Sequence record: Ga0255781_10001162
Length of the DNA: 21,707 nucleotides
Source of the DNA: a metagenome
Direction: 5' to 3' (one strand)
This document shows, in pieces, positions 7,888-16,142 of this stretch. Under the pieces are notes generated by a model that saw nothing but the letters and a program-made list of their open reading frames with translations, had not been told where the DNA came from and did not search any database. Position numbers and translations under genes: made by a program. Every line of letters begins with the position of its first letter. The first letter of the stretch is position 1.

Positions 7888-8803
7888 TTAGATGTTGGAC
7901 GGGAAGAGCATGCAGCGAACCTTACCACCGATGGAGTTGGACGGCAAGTGCTTCTTGAACTTGGCGCGGACGACACCAGAGGTACCGTGCGAGCGCATAA
8001 CCTTACCCCAAATCGTGCGGTACGCCGTCCCCTGCTTCTTCGTCTTCGCCTTGTACACGTAGCACAACTTTTTACCGCCGTAAAAGGACGTCGCCGCGCT
8101 GTCGTTCACGCCCTCGAGCTTGATGAGCGACGTGTGGTTGTATTGGTTGGTGCGCGCGCGCTTGTAACCAAGAATCACGCCGCGGACGTACAGTCTACGT
8201 TTGAATTTAAAAGAAAACAAAGTCAGTCAGTCCGCTCCCTCTCTCACGCAAAACGAGTCCCTCTCTCAGCGCTCCAACCCTCTCTCGTGGATGACGCAAA
8301 CCAACCGCCCGTCACCGCGTCGTCGATCGCGATCCCGAACCACGAACGACGGAAACCGACGTGAAGTGAACGGTCTCGATCGTTCCCGCCGGCGCTCGCC
8401 GTCGAAACCACCCGCGCGCGACGCGCGCGCACACCGCGCGACGGGTCTCGTTCGGATCGCATTTCTAGGGTCCCGGTGCGTCCGCAACGAAGATGACGCG
8501 CCCGAGGGACCCGACGGAGGACGACGACGGTGAATCCAGGACGTCAAAGCGACGTAAACGTTTCGTCACCATCCATCCAAAGCGTCTCCTCGTCGCCGTC
8601 GTCCGCGATCGTCCGCCAGATCCCACGCTTCGAGGCGCGCGTGGCGACTCCACCGAAACCCCAAAACGCGCGCGGAATCCCATCCAACGTCCCGACGACG
8701 CGACGGTCGTCATCCACGCCAACCGACGCCGAGACTAACACGAACAAAAAAAACGAAAGAGGCGAGTAAATCACACGCACCTCGTCGGTTCACCCTTCGC
8801 CAT
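7888..8803 (-). CDS. RPL35A: 60S ribosomal protein eL33 (L35a). Two exons: 8803..8781 and 8194..7888
   Basis: Exon 2 encodes [102 protein letters not shown], a textbook L35Ae sequence. The track start at 8220 is TTG. The minus-strand ATG at 8803 gives ATG GCG AAG GGT GAA CCG ACG AG|GTGCGT. Joining to acgtAG|A at 8194 completes an AGA codon and yields [13 protein letters not shown] (compare plant MVKG..RLYVRG). The exon total is 330 nt, or 110 codons including the stop. Confidence 0.9.
8195..8780 (-). other. Spliceosomal intron of RPL35A (586 nt, after codon 8, phase 2)
   Basis: GTGCGTG donor at 8780-8774 on the minus strand. GACTGACTGACT branch-like tract (plus 8221-8232). Pyrimidine tract TTGTTTTCTTTT and acceptor ACGTAG ending at 8195. 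Confidence 0.85.
8237..8286. repeat. Three exact direct copies of CCCTCTCTC (GAGAGAGGG on the transcribed strand) inside the 3' part of the RPL35A intron
   Basis: Copies at 8237-8245, 8259-8267 and 8278-8286, with start-to-start spacing of 22 and 19 nt. Read directly from the sequence. Confidence 0.9.
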
Positions 8804-9131
8804 CGTTGATCGTCGTATCCTTCGAGACGCGCCGAGAAAAGACGGAGCGCGCGCGATGGGCAGCCGAGACGTGCGAAGGCTGAGCGACGATGTCACAAAA
8901 GGATTGTACTGTTTACCCATACAATTGCGACATCGGGCTCACATACTACACGTGCTCGAGTCCGATGTACGTGGTTTTCGCGACGTTTTCGCGTGTGTTC
9001 ATTTTATATGCACAAACAGTCTAAAACTGGACCGCCCGCGTGGGATCCGCACGAAAATCGCGCCTCTTCGTCGCGGCGACGCCTCTCCGGCCCGCCATTG
9101 ATCGCCCGCCCGTCGGTTCGAGAAGCGACGC
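8804..9131. promoter_or_regulatory. Divergent intergenic region (shared promoter space) between RPL35A (-) and the DEAD-box helicase (+)
   Basis: 328 bp separate the two ATGs (8803 minus, 9132 plus). It contains a TATA-like ttttatatgc near 9001-9010. On the RPL35A strand there is a pyrimidine tract, TCTTTTCTC (8842-8834), about 30-40 nt upstream of the ATG. Confidence 0.5.
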
Positions 9132-10868
9132 ATGGGGTACGTTCCGCCGCACTTGCGAGGCGGAGGATCGTCCGACGGCGGTGCCGGCGCGGCGCCGCCG
9201 CCGGAGAGGAGCAGAGGAGGAAACGACCAACAATCAGACCGACACCGATCCTTCGGCGGCGGACCCGGTGGGTCGTCGTACGGACCCGGTGACCGCGCGC
9301 CGCCGGTGATGAGCGGACGGGGACAGGGCGGTGGGAGAGATTCTGGCGCGGCGGTTTTTGCGAATTGGCGGCCGAGCGCGCGGGTGGAGGCGCTGACGGA
9401 GGAACAAAAGACGGAGATTCGTGACCGGCTCGGGGTGACGGTGGAGGTTCCGGAGAACGAAGCCGAGGCACCGTCGGCGATCGAATCGTTCGAGGATATG
9501 AATCTGAGTAAGGATATCATGATGGATATTCGACACAGAGAGTACGATAAACCGTCGCCGATTCAGGCGCAGGCGATTCCGGTGATTTTGAGCGGAAGGG
9601 ATGTGCTCGGGTGTGCCGAGACGGGGAGCGGGAAGACGGCGGCGTTTTCCATTCCAATGGTGCAGCACTGTTTGAACCAACCGCCGTTGCGTCAGGGTGA
9701 TGGGCCGTTTGCGATTGTTATGGCGCCGACGAGAGAGTTGGCGCAACAGATTGAAGCGGAGGGGAAGACGTTTTCGAGAAGCTCAAAGGGGTTTAGAACA
9801 GCCATCATTGTCGGCGGTACGAATATGTACGAACAGCGTTCCATGTTGCGCGGTGGCGTGCAAATCATCGTCGCCACGCCCGGTCGATTGCTCGATCACT
9901 TGCAACAGGGTAACACCAACCTCGCTCGCGTTTCGTTCGTAGTCTTGGATGAAGCGGACAGAATGTTGGACATGGGTTTCGAGCCGCAAATTCGAGAAGT
10001 GTTGATGAACTTGCCCAAGCGTCATCAAACGCTCCTCTTTTCCGCGACAATGCCGAGCGAGGTTGAAGCTTTGGCGAGCGAGTACCTCAACAAGCCGGTC
10101 AAGGTGAAGGTTGGTCAAACGAGCGCTCCGACGGCGAACGTGTCGCAACACTTAGAAAAGGTCGTTGATGGTGAAAAGGTTAATAGATTGGTTGCCATGT
10201 TGATTGGGGAGAAGAATGAAGCCACCAAGCTCGGCTCGGACATGCCCATGACGGTGGTTTTCGTCGAGCGCAAGAACCGTGCGGATGAGATTGCCGAGTT
10301 ATTAAACGCGGAAGGCGTTCCGGCTGCCGCGTTGCATGGTGGACGATCTCAGGCGGAGCGTGAGGCGGCTCTCCAGGATTACAAGGAGGGACGTTGCTCT
10401 GTGTTGGTTGCCACGGATGTCGCCGCGCGTGGTTTGGATGTCAAGGGTGTCGCGCACGTCGTCAACATGGACTTGCCTCGCAACTTTGAGGATTACGTCC
10501 ACCGCATCGGTCGTACCGGTCGCGCCGGTATGTCTGGTCGCTCCACGTCCTTTTACACGGATCGCGACTCGTTCATCGTGGCGCAAATCAAGCGCGCGCT
10601 CATGGAACTCGAGGCGGGTAACGCGTTTGCCTTTGCGACGGGCAAGGAGGCACGCGCCAAGGAGCGCGAAGAAGCCAAAGCCTGGCGTGAGGGTCGTCAA
10701 CACCAAGCCGCCGTCCTCGAAACGGACAGTGGGGTTACCATTGCCGTCGAAGACAAGTTTAAGCACATGATGGTGAGCGCGCCCGCCGCCGCCGGCAGCG
10801 CCGCTCCAACGGCGGGCGTCGCCGACGCTGCGTGGTCTGACGACGACGAAGACGAAGACGGGTGGTAA
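9132..10868 (+). CDS. DEAD-box ATP-dependent RNA helicase, DDX3/Ded1 (PL10)-like
   Basis: True ATG at 9132. The N-terminal MGYVPPHLRGGG matches the GYVPPHLRG / YIPPHLR eIF4E-binding-type motif of Ded1/DDX3, followed by a G/R-rich region. Q motif: PSPIQAQAIP. Motif I: AETGSGKT. Motif Ia: PTRELA. Motif II: VLDEADRML. Motif III: SAT. Motif VI: HRIGRTGRAG. The block HGGRSQAEREAAL..VLVATDVAARGLD is also present, and the protein ends in an acidic tail finishing in W. Confidence 0.88.
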   Translation: MGYVPPHLRGGGSSDGGAGAAPPPERSRGGNDQQSDRHRSFGGGPGGSSYGPGDRAPPVMSGRGQGGGRDSGAAVFANWRPSARVEALTEEQKTEIRDRLGVTVEVPENEAEAPSAIESFEDMNLSKDIMMDIRHREYDKPSPIQAQAIPVILSGRDVLGCAETGSGKTAAFSIPMVQHCLNQPPLRQGDGPFAIVMAPTRELAQQIEAEGKTFSRSSKGFRTAIIVGGTNMYEQRSMLRGGVQIIVATPGRLLDHLQQGNTNLARVSFVVLDEADRMLDMGFEPQIREVLMNLPKRHQTLLFSATMPSEVEALASEYLNKPVKVKVGQTSAPTANVSQHLEKVVDGEKVNRLVAMLIGEKNEATKLGSDMPMTVVFVERKNRADEIAELLNAEGVPAAALHGGRSQAEREAALQDYKEGRCSVLVATDVAARGLDVKGVAHVVNMDLPRNFEDYVHRIGRTGRAGMSGRSTSFYTDRDSFIVAQIKRALMELEAGNAFAFATGKEARAKEREEAKAWREGRQHQAAVLETDSGVTIAVEDKFKHMMVSAPAAAGSAAPTAGVADAAWSDDDEDEDGW

Positions 10869-11348
10869 TCATCCATCACGATGACGACCATCGCAACAAA
10901 AAGAAGAAGAGAGCATCGACCACCGTCGCTCGACGCGTCGGCTCAATGAGGAAAGAGGTCGCCTCGCTTTGTTTGCTTTGTTTTTTTTCCTAGGTTCCAT
11001 CCAGTCCAACGTCCATCCATCCGCGAGACGATTGACGACGACGAGCGCACCGTACTCAATCCTTCTTTGTTTCCCTTCTTTAATACAATCTCACGACTCA
11101 TTACTCACTCCTCGTGACCGACGTGATCGAATCCAAACCGCCCAACCAATATCGCGTTCAAGGGGCTACGTGCCTGGAAGAAAAGTCCAAAGATTGGAAA
11201 GCCAACTTTGCTCGTGATCCGTCACTCGACGACGACGCGAACGCGAGAAACGTCACGGAACGCGACTGGGATCCATACGCGGAAATCTTTCTCGCGCGCG
11301 CGCTCGTGTGTCTTTGTGTTCGTGAAGCAAGCGGCGTCGTCTTGAAAG

Positions 11349-11549
11349 ATGAGTGGGAAGACGAGCCTCGTCGACGTCGCCTTTCGAGCGACGACGCTCG
11401 GGTTGTTCGCGACGACGGTGGTCTCCGGCGCGTGGTTCGCGGCGACGACGGCGAAAGGGTTCATGCATTACAACGCGGCGAGCGAAGAGGCGCGGAAAGC
11501 GGCGGGAACGGGGAGCGAAAGCGGGGGTAAGGATGGAAGAAAGTCTTAG
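11349..11549 (+). CDS. Possible small single-pass membrane protein (66 aa), unassigned
   Basis: ATG with A at -3 (aagATGa). It encodes MSGKTSLVDVAFRATTLGLFATTVVSGAWFAATTAKGF... with one hydrophobic helix, then a charged tail. Third-codon positions are strongly G/C-biased, as in the confirmed genes. It is the only ATG-initiated ORF with this usage in an otherwise 790-bp gene-free gap. I recognise no family. Confidence 0.35.
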   Translation: MSGKTSLVDVAFRATTLGLFATTVVSGAWFAATTAKGFMHYNAASEEARKAAGTGSESGGKDGRKS

Positions 11550-11658
11550 CGAAGCGTTGGAGCGCGCGTAGGAGCTCTCAAGCGAATTTGTATTAAACAC
11601 ATTTTAGTTAGTAGTTTCATTCATCGAACGATGGCGTCTCTCGTCGAGTGGTGAGAAA

Positions 11659-13391
11659 TTAACGAATTGGATCCTCGTCTCTGACGTAGGAGAGGAGCTT
11701 GGAGACGATTCTCGCGCCGTCTTCGCGAATGCCAGAGTGCATGTATTCCGACGTGCTCCAGACGCGAGCGCCGGCGATTCGGCTGGCGGTTTCTGCGGCA
11801 AGATCAAAGTCGACAAACATGTCCTCGACGTAACTGGCGCAAGCGACCGGAATGTCATCATTCGCAGAGAGCGCTTGGGCATCGTACAACCGGCGAAACT
11901 GACCGGTGTCGCCGGATTTGAGACAGTCGAGGACGCCTTTGTACGGCGCAAGGGCAGGAATGTCGTCAAAAAAGAAATCGAAAACCATCTCTCCGGTGAA
12001 GTAAATCTTTTGCCCAGGCGTCGTGAGCGCGGCGTCGACGTCGAATGACGTTCCGGAAAGTTTGGCTTTCGCCTTCTCGGCGCCGCCGTAGGCGTTACCA
12101 CCATTGCAATAAATTGATTCGTGAAGAATGCCGTACAATGGGTTCGTCTCAAAGTGTCTGAACGCATTCTCAATCTCTATGAGAAGCTTGTGCGCCAGCG
12201 GCACAGCAAAAGTTGGTTCCACATCGACGTTTTCTAAGATATAGTGCAGCCTTTCCATCCCGGACGCCGTGCCTAGGTTGGAAAATCCGAGCGCCTGCAC
12301 GACTTCAGCGCTCAACCTTCCTCCGCCAGGCAGCGACGCCTCATTCTTGCGAGCGTACTCGCACAGATACCTCACACGCTCGACGTCTCCCGGAAAGCGC
12401 GCGTAAAACTTTTCGTTTTGAACGCGTACTCTCTCGAAGAGCTTGACGTACGCGTCGAAAGCCGCGGCTTCCTTCTCCACGTACGGCGGTAGACCACCCG
12501 TGTAGAGCGCCTCCTTCACGCCTTCGGGGTGCATCGAGAGATACGTCGTGATGCAAAACCCACCGAACGACTGTCCGAGAAGCGTAAACTTTTGCTCTTT
12601 ACCGAGAACCGTCTTGCGAAACAGTTCCGCATCCTCGACAATCGAATCCGCTCTGAAACATTGCGCCAACATTCGGCCCATGTGTACGTCAGCGGTCGCC
12701 CCCTGGCCTTCCTCAAAGGCCACCTTACACGAACCATCCTCGTTAAACCTAACAATCTCCGCGCTCGACCTCCCCGTACCGCGCTGATCGAGTAAAAACA
12801 CGCGATGCTCCTTGACCATCTCTCCCACCCATCCTCCATCCGCGTCTGGTCGGCCGCACTCAAACCCGGGGCCGCCCTGCAGAAACAGCACACACGGCAA
12901 CGCCGCCCGCTCCTCAGCGCTCATCTTCCCCCGCGCCGCGCTCACGACTTCCCGAACGTACACCTTGATCAGATTTGGTGCGACATTCTCACCGGTGATG
13001 TTCGCCTTTGACGCGGAATAATAATCCAAAGGCGCCTGCAGTTGCGCGCGAAGTACAGTTTGCGTCAGTCAGTCACTTTTTAATCACTCAACCAGCCACG
13101 TCGCCGTTATCAGTCGTCGCGAACCGCACGCACCGCGATAAAGTGATCCGTCAAGTGAAGCCCTTTCACCCGATGACTCTCACCGACGACGTGGTGTCCG
13201 ACGGGGGTGTCTCGCGGCCACGACCAAGAGTTCCCAGCGACGACGGTTTGAGCGCTCGCAGCTTGCGCAGTCGTTCCAGTCTTTTGACGCTTCTGCGTCG
13301 GTGCCGGTGTCATCCTTCTTTGCGGGACGCGCGGACGATTGTGTGAATACAGAGCGTTCGCGCGTGCGTGGGTTCCTTGCGCGACGCGCAT
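11659..13391 (-). CDS. Alpha/beta-hydrolase, peptidase S33 (prolyl aminopeptidase-like). Two exons: 13391..13134 and 13035..11659
   Basis: Exon 2 contains LFLQGGPGFECGRP (HGGPG-type oxyanion region) and the nucleophile elbow LLGQSFGGFC. The track start at 13029 is TTG, and the first in-frame ATG lies just before GGPG, too late for the fold. An upstream minus-strand ORF ends ...GLHLTDHFIA|GTGCGT (donor at 13133). The acceptor CTGCAG ends at 13036. The junction reads DHFIA|APLDYYS. Exon lengths are 258 and 1377 nt, both multiples of 3. The first ATG on this strand below the upstream gene is 13391, and the basic, S/T/A-rich N-terminus could be a targeting peptide. Confidence 0.78.
13036..13133 (-). 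other. Spliceosomal intron (98 nt, phase 0) of the S33 hydrolase gene
   Basis: GTGCGTG donor. GACTGACTGAC tract (plus 13064-13074) about 27 nt before the acceptor. Acceptor CTGCAG. An in-frame TGA (13112-13110) would terminate the protein if the intron were retained. Confidence 0.75.
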
Positions 13392-13534
13392 TCGCGCGCA
13401 ACGTCGAGTGAGGAGGATGTCCGCAGGTTGTCGAGTAGTTATGATTTTCACTGCACGCTGCTCGCGTTTTCTGTTTAAAAAAGCACGTTCGTCTATCTTT
13501 CGCGCGTTTGGGCTACTTTCTATACCGCCGGGCT

Positions 13535-15820
13535 CTAATCGTTCTTATCATCCTTCTCCTCGTCGTCATCGTCGTCCGAACCGGCTAGTCGAGCGCTTGT
13601 TTGATCAATCTCCGTGCGAAGCGCTTCCAGACGCTGCTGTTCTTTGGCGCCGTCAACGGCGGCGACTTGCTCGCTCGCAGACTCCAGTCGCTCAGTGACG
13701 TCGCTCACGGCGCCACTAATCATGCTCTTGACTGAACTCACCGCTGCGACGGCCCGACGCAGGGCTTCGCTCTCGTTGGCGGCGTCAGCGGCTTCTTCCG
13801 CCACAGCGAGCTGTTCCTTGAGCTCTTCGTACTTTTGCATGAGCTCTTGTCGTCTCGAGGTAAATTGAGACGGGAAAAGCTGCGGAAAGTAACGCTGAAT
13901 GAAACCAAAGACCAAAACATGACCAACGGGAGTGATGGGAGTGATCAGAATGATCATAAAAGGGACAAAGGTGAAAACATCGAGAAAGGTGCGGCGGACA
14001 ACTTGCACTTCGCGAGGTCGCAGAGTGGTGCCGAACGCGGCGCGCATGAAGAGGCGCAACGACGTGCCAATGTCTGATCCGAGGAGCTTGACGCCTCGGA
14101 ACAAAAAGGTACCACCCTCTCTTATGGTAGCGCCAGACTCTTGCATGGTTAAAACGAAACGCTCACGCATGAGATCCATGGACATGGCGGCGTTGTTGTC
14201 GTCTCTGATGGCTAAGCGGAGCTTCATGTCTGGAATTTCCATTGCCAACTTGGACAAATCCTCGTCGTCGATGAGCTGAGATTCTTGACGATCGACGAGA
14301 GAAATCAATCGACGCAAGGAGAGATCCATCACTCCAAACTCCGCCACCATGAGCTGCATGTCGTTAAGTTCCGCCTTGGACAAGCGATCCGGAGGCGTGG
14401 CCAACTCTTCCTCGAGCGCCAAGATGATGCGCTCCATCTCCATTTGAAGCGTTCGAACGGCGAAAACCCGTCTAAGCGTCGAAACTTTTTCGTCGCACTC
14501 ACGAATCTTGTCCCCCAGGGCGACGCGAGAGAGAAGCGAGCTCCTTCCCTGGGCCATGATGCCGTCTCTCGTCTTTTGCGCCTCGGTCAACGCCTTGTCT
14601 CTATCCTGCACCTCGATAAGCAAGCGCAAGATGCGCGCGTCGCGCTTGTCTTTGCTCACGCGCGGCACAGGGAATGACTTTAACACTTCTACCACCCCAG
14701 TCTCGCCCACGCTGAGACCGTTGATACGCGCCCACACCCCTTGCGAGTACTCAGCCACGTTTGCGATGGACTCGCGAGGTTTTGCTCTGAGTTGCGTGAG
14801 ACCCTCTCCTAAAACACCCGCGCTTCGAACGCCTCTCGAAGTGATTCTACCAACCTTACGACCGAGCGGACGAAGTCGAGCCCCAACCTGGGACTCTCCG
14901 GCGTCTTCCTGCGCAGCCTCGAGGGCGCTCTGCGCCTCTTGGAGTGCCCGCTCCGCACGTTCGCACGACTCGTACGGCAGGTAGTTGCTCATCTCTCTGC
15001 AACGATCCTCCACACGATCGGCGCAATCGGAAAACTTTTGCGTCAAAAGATCTCTCACCGCATCGGCGTCTTCAAAGAGAATCTCCCACTTGCCATCCAT
15101 CATCGTCGCCGCCGAACGCAACTTGTCCTTCTCCGCTTCGAGCTCCTTCATCGATTCTAACATCTCCTCCAGCGCGCTGATAGCCTCTTCCAACTCTGGA
15201 CTCGGCACCGCAAACTCACTGAGTTTCTTCCCATCGAGCAGCTTTGAAGACTCCTCCCCTGACTCATCATCGGCGTGACGAATAAAGTAATCATCAGCGA
15301 GGTTCGCCTCGCAGTCCACCACCGTGCTGTACAGCTCCCTCAAAACCGTCAACGACTCCAATTTCGCCAACCGTGCCGCCGCATCCTCCTTTGCGTCTTG
15401 ATCCGTAAATAACGGTTTCGCCCCAGCCGAAGTGACGTCAGAAAACCCGCTCGAATCCGGGTTCCCAAACGTTCCTTCCGTCGAGCCGCGAAGCGACTCG
15501 TCTGAAGAAGAGGAAGAATCCTCACCGCTCGTCGATGACGAAATCGCCGCCGTCCGCACCCGCAGCGTTCGCCCCGAACGATCGCGCGCGACGACAACGC
15601 ACGCGTTGACTCGTCGACCGCTCAACGATAACCCCTCCCCTCCGCGCGTCGACGTCGTCCGCGCAACCATTTCGACGGCATTTCCGTTGTGCGCACCAGT
15701 CGCCTCGTGGACACGTCGACATCTCTGCGTCGTCCGCGTCGTCCGCCGTCCACACAGCGGGGTCTCTCGCCGTCGTCCGGCGGACCCGACGACGGGGCGG
15801 TTCTGCGTCGTCAGAGACAT
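13535..15820 (-). CDS. LETM1-domain-containing protein with a long coiled-coil N-terminal region and a likely organellar presequence
   Basis: True ATG at 15820 and an uninterrupted 761-aa ORF. The C-terminal region RPREVQVVRRTFLDVFTFVPFMIILITPITPVGHVLVFGFIQRYFPQLFPSQF matches the LETM1 ribosome-binding-domain signature (R..D.FRLVPF....VPF.E.LLP...K.FP..LPS.F). The N-terminus is R/S/T-rich (MSLTTQNRPVVGSAGRRRETPLCGRRTTRTTQR). Confidence 0.75.
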   Translation of the reverse strand: MSLTTQNRPVVGSAGRRRETPLCGRRTTRTTQRCRRVHEATGAHNGNAVEMVARTTSTRGGEGLSLSGRRVNACVVVARDRSGRTLRVRTAAISSSTSGEDSSSSSDESLRGSTEGTFGNPDSSGFSDVTSAGAKPLFTDQDAKEDAAARLAKLESLTVLRELYSTVVDCEANLADDYFIRHADDESGEESSKLLDGKKLSEFAVPSPELEEAISALEEMLESMKELEAEKDKLRSAATMMDGKWEILFEDADAVRDLLTQKFSDCADRVEDRCREMSNYLPYESCERAERALQEAQSALEAAQEDAGESQVGARLRPLGRKVGRITSRGVRSAGVLGEGLTQLRAKPRESIANVAEYSQGVWARINGLSVGETGVVEVLKSFPVPRVSKDKRDARILRLLIEVQDRDKALTEAQKTRDGIMAQGRSSLLSRVALGDKIRECDEKVSTLRRVFAVRTLQMEMERIILALEEELATPPDRLSKAELNDMQLMVAEFGVMDLSLRRLISLVDRQESQLIDDEDLSKLAMEIPDMKLRLAIRDDNNAAMSMDLMRERFVLTMQESGATIREGGTFLFRGVKLLGSDIGTSLRLFMRAAFGTTLRPREVQVVRRTFLDVFTFVPFMIILITPITPVGHVLVFGFIQRYFPQLFPSQFTSRRQELMQKYEELKEQLAVAEEAADAANESEALRRAVAAVSSVKSMISGAVSDVTERLESASEQVAAVDGAKEQQRLEALRTEIDQTSARLAGSDDDDDEEKDDKND

Positions 15821-15937
15821 GTCCGTCAGCCCGTCCTACGCGCGCGCGATTGCGGTGCGCGTCGTCGTCGACGTCGCGAAAAAGTAAACGCGGTTTGCGA
15901 TTGATTATTTACCCCTTTTATCTTTTGTGGGATTTCT

Positions 15938-15945
15938 AAACCCTA
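15938..15945 (+). promoter_or_regulatory. Telo-box-like motif AAACCCTA
   Basis: Read directly in gatttctAAACCCTAtttac. AAACCCTA(A) is the plant telo-box promoter element, an interstitial telomere-repeat unit. Confidence 0.45.
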
Positions 15946-15990
15946 TTTACATGTGATAGATTTAAAAGTATGTTCTATACGTGACCTCTG

Positions 15991-16056
15991 GTGGTTTGGG
16001 CTTATATGTTTCGAGTAACTTACTTATCTACCGTATCTAGTGGTTTGTATATGTTT
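15991..16056 (+). repeat. Imperfect direct repeat GTGGTTTG(GGCT)TATATGTTT / GTGGTTTGTATATGTTT
   Basis: Copy 1 is at 15991-16011 and copy 2 at 16040-16056. They match at 17 of 17 positions apart from a 4-nt insertion in copy 1. Both contain a TATAT core and lie between the two telo-box motifs. Confidence 0.8.
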
Positions 16057-16066
16057 ACTTTTAGTG

Positions 16067-16075
16067 TTAGGGTTT
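16067..16075 (-). promoter_or_regulatory. Telo-box motif AAACCCTAA in inverted orientation (TTAGGGTTT on the plus strand)
   Basis: Read directly in tagtgTTAGGGTTTtgact. It lies 130 bp from the first motif, in the opposite orientation. Confidence 0.45.
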
Positions 16076-16142
16076 TGACTGCTTTTGAATCGGCTGTGAT
16101 TTCGAAAGTTCGACGCGGCAGAGTCCGCGGCGCGCGAAGAAG

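Larger units (their letters stand above)
15821..16142. promoter_or_regulatory. Bidirectional promoter region between the LETM1-like gene (-) and TRAPPC3 (+), with a markedly AT-rich core (about 15900-16110)
   Basis: 322 bp separate the divergent ATGs. By eye the composition drops sharply compared with the flanking GC-rich coding DNA. It contains the telo-box-like motifs and the direct repeat listed separately. Confidence 0.6.

Noticed and set aside
8414-8428. Alternating CG palindrome gcgcgcg-a-cgcgcgc in the RPL35A intron (Z-DNA- or cruciform-prone)
   Set aside because: It is short, has a 1-nt spacer that cannot form a stable hairpin loop, and (CG)n runs are common in this GC-rich sequence.
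8195-8780. C/D-box or H/ACA snoRNA hosted in the RPL35A intron
   Set aside because: On the transcribed strand I found only degenerate GGATGA strings (for example the reverse complements near 8570 and 8710). There is no RUGAUGA...CUGA pair at snoRNA-like spacing with terminal complementarity. I cannot support a call without a covariance-model scan.
10965-10993. Strong pyrimidine tract plus AG (gctttgtttgctttgttttttttcctag) that looks like a 3' splice site
   Set aside because: I found no upstream donor and ORF, or downstream ORF, that it could join in frame. The helicase ORF upstream ends with a natural acidic-W tail and a stop. It is more likely 3' UTR or promoter pyrimidine-rich DNA.
11527-11607. 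GGTAAG donor-like site near the end of the 66-aa ORF, with a possible ttttAG acceptor at 11606-11607
   Set aside because: Splicing would add only about 15 residues and run the exon into the stop region of the convergent hydrolase gene. No homology supports it.
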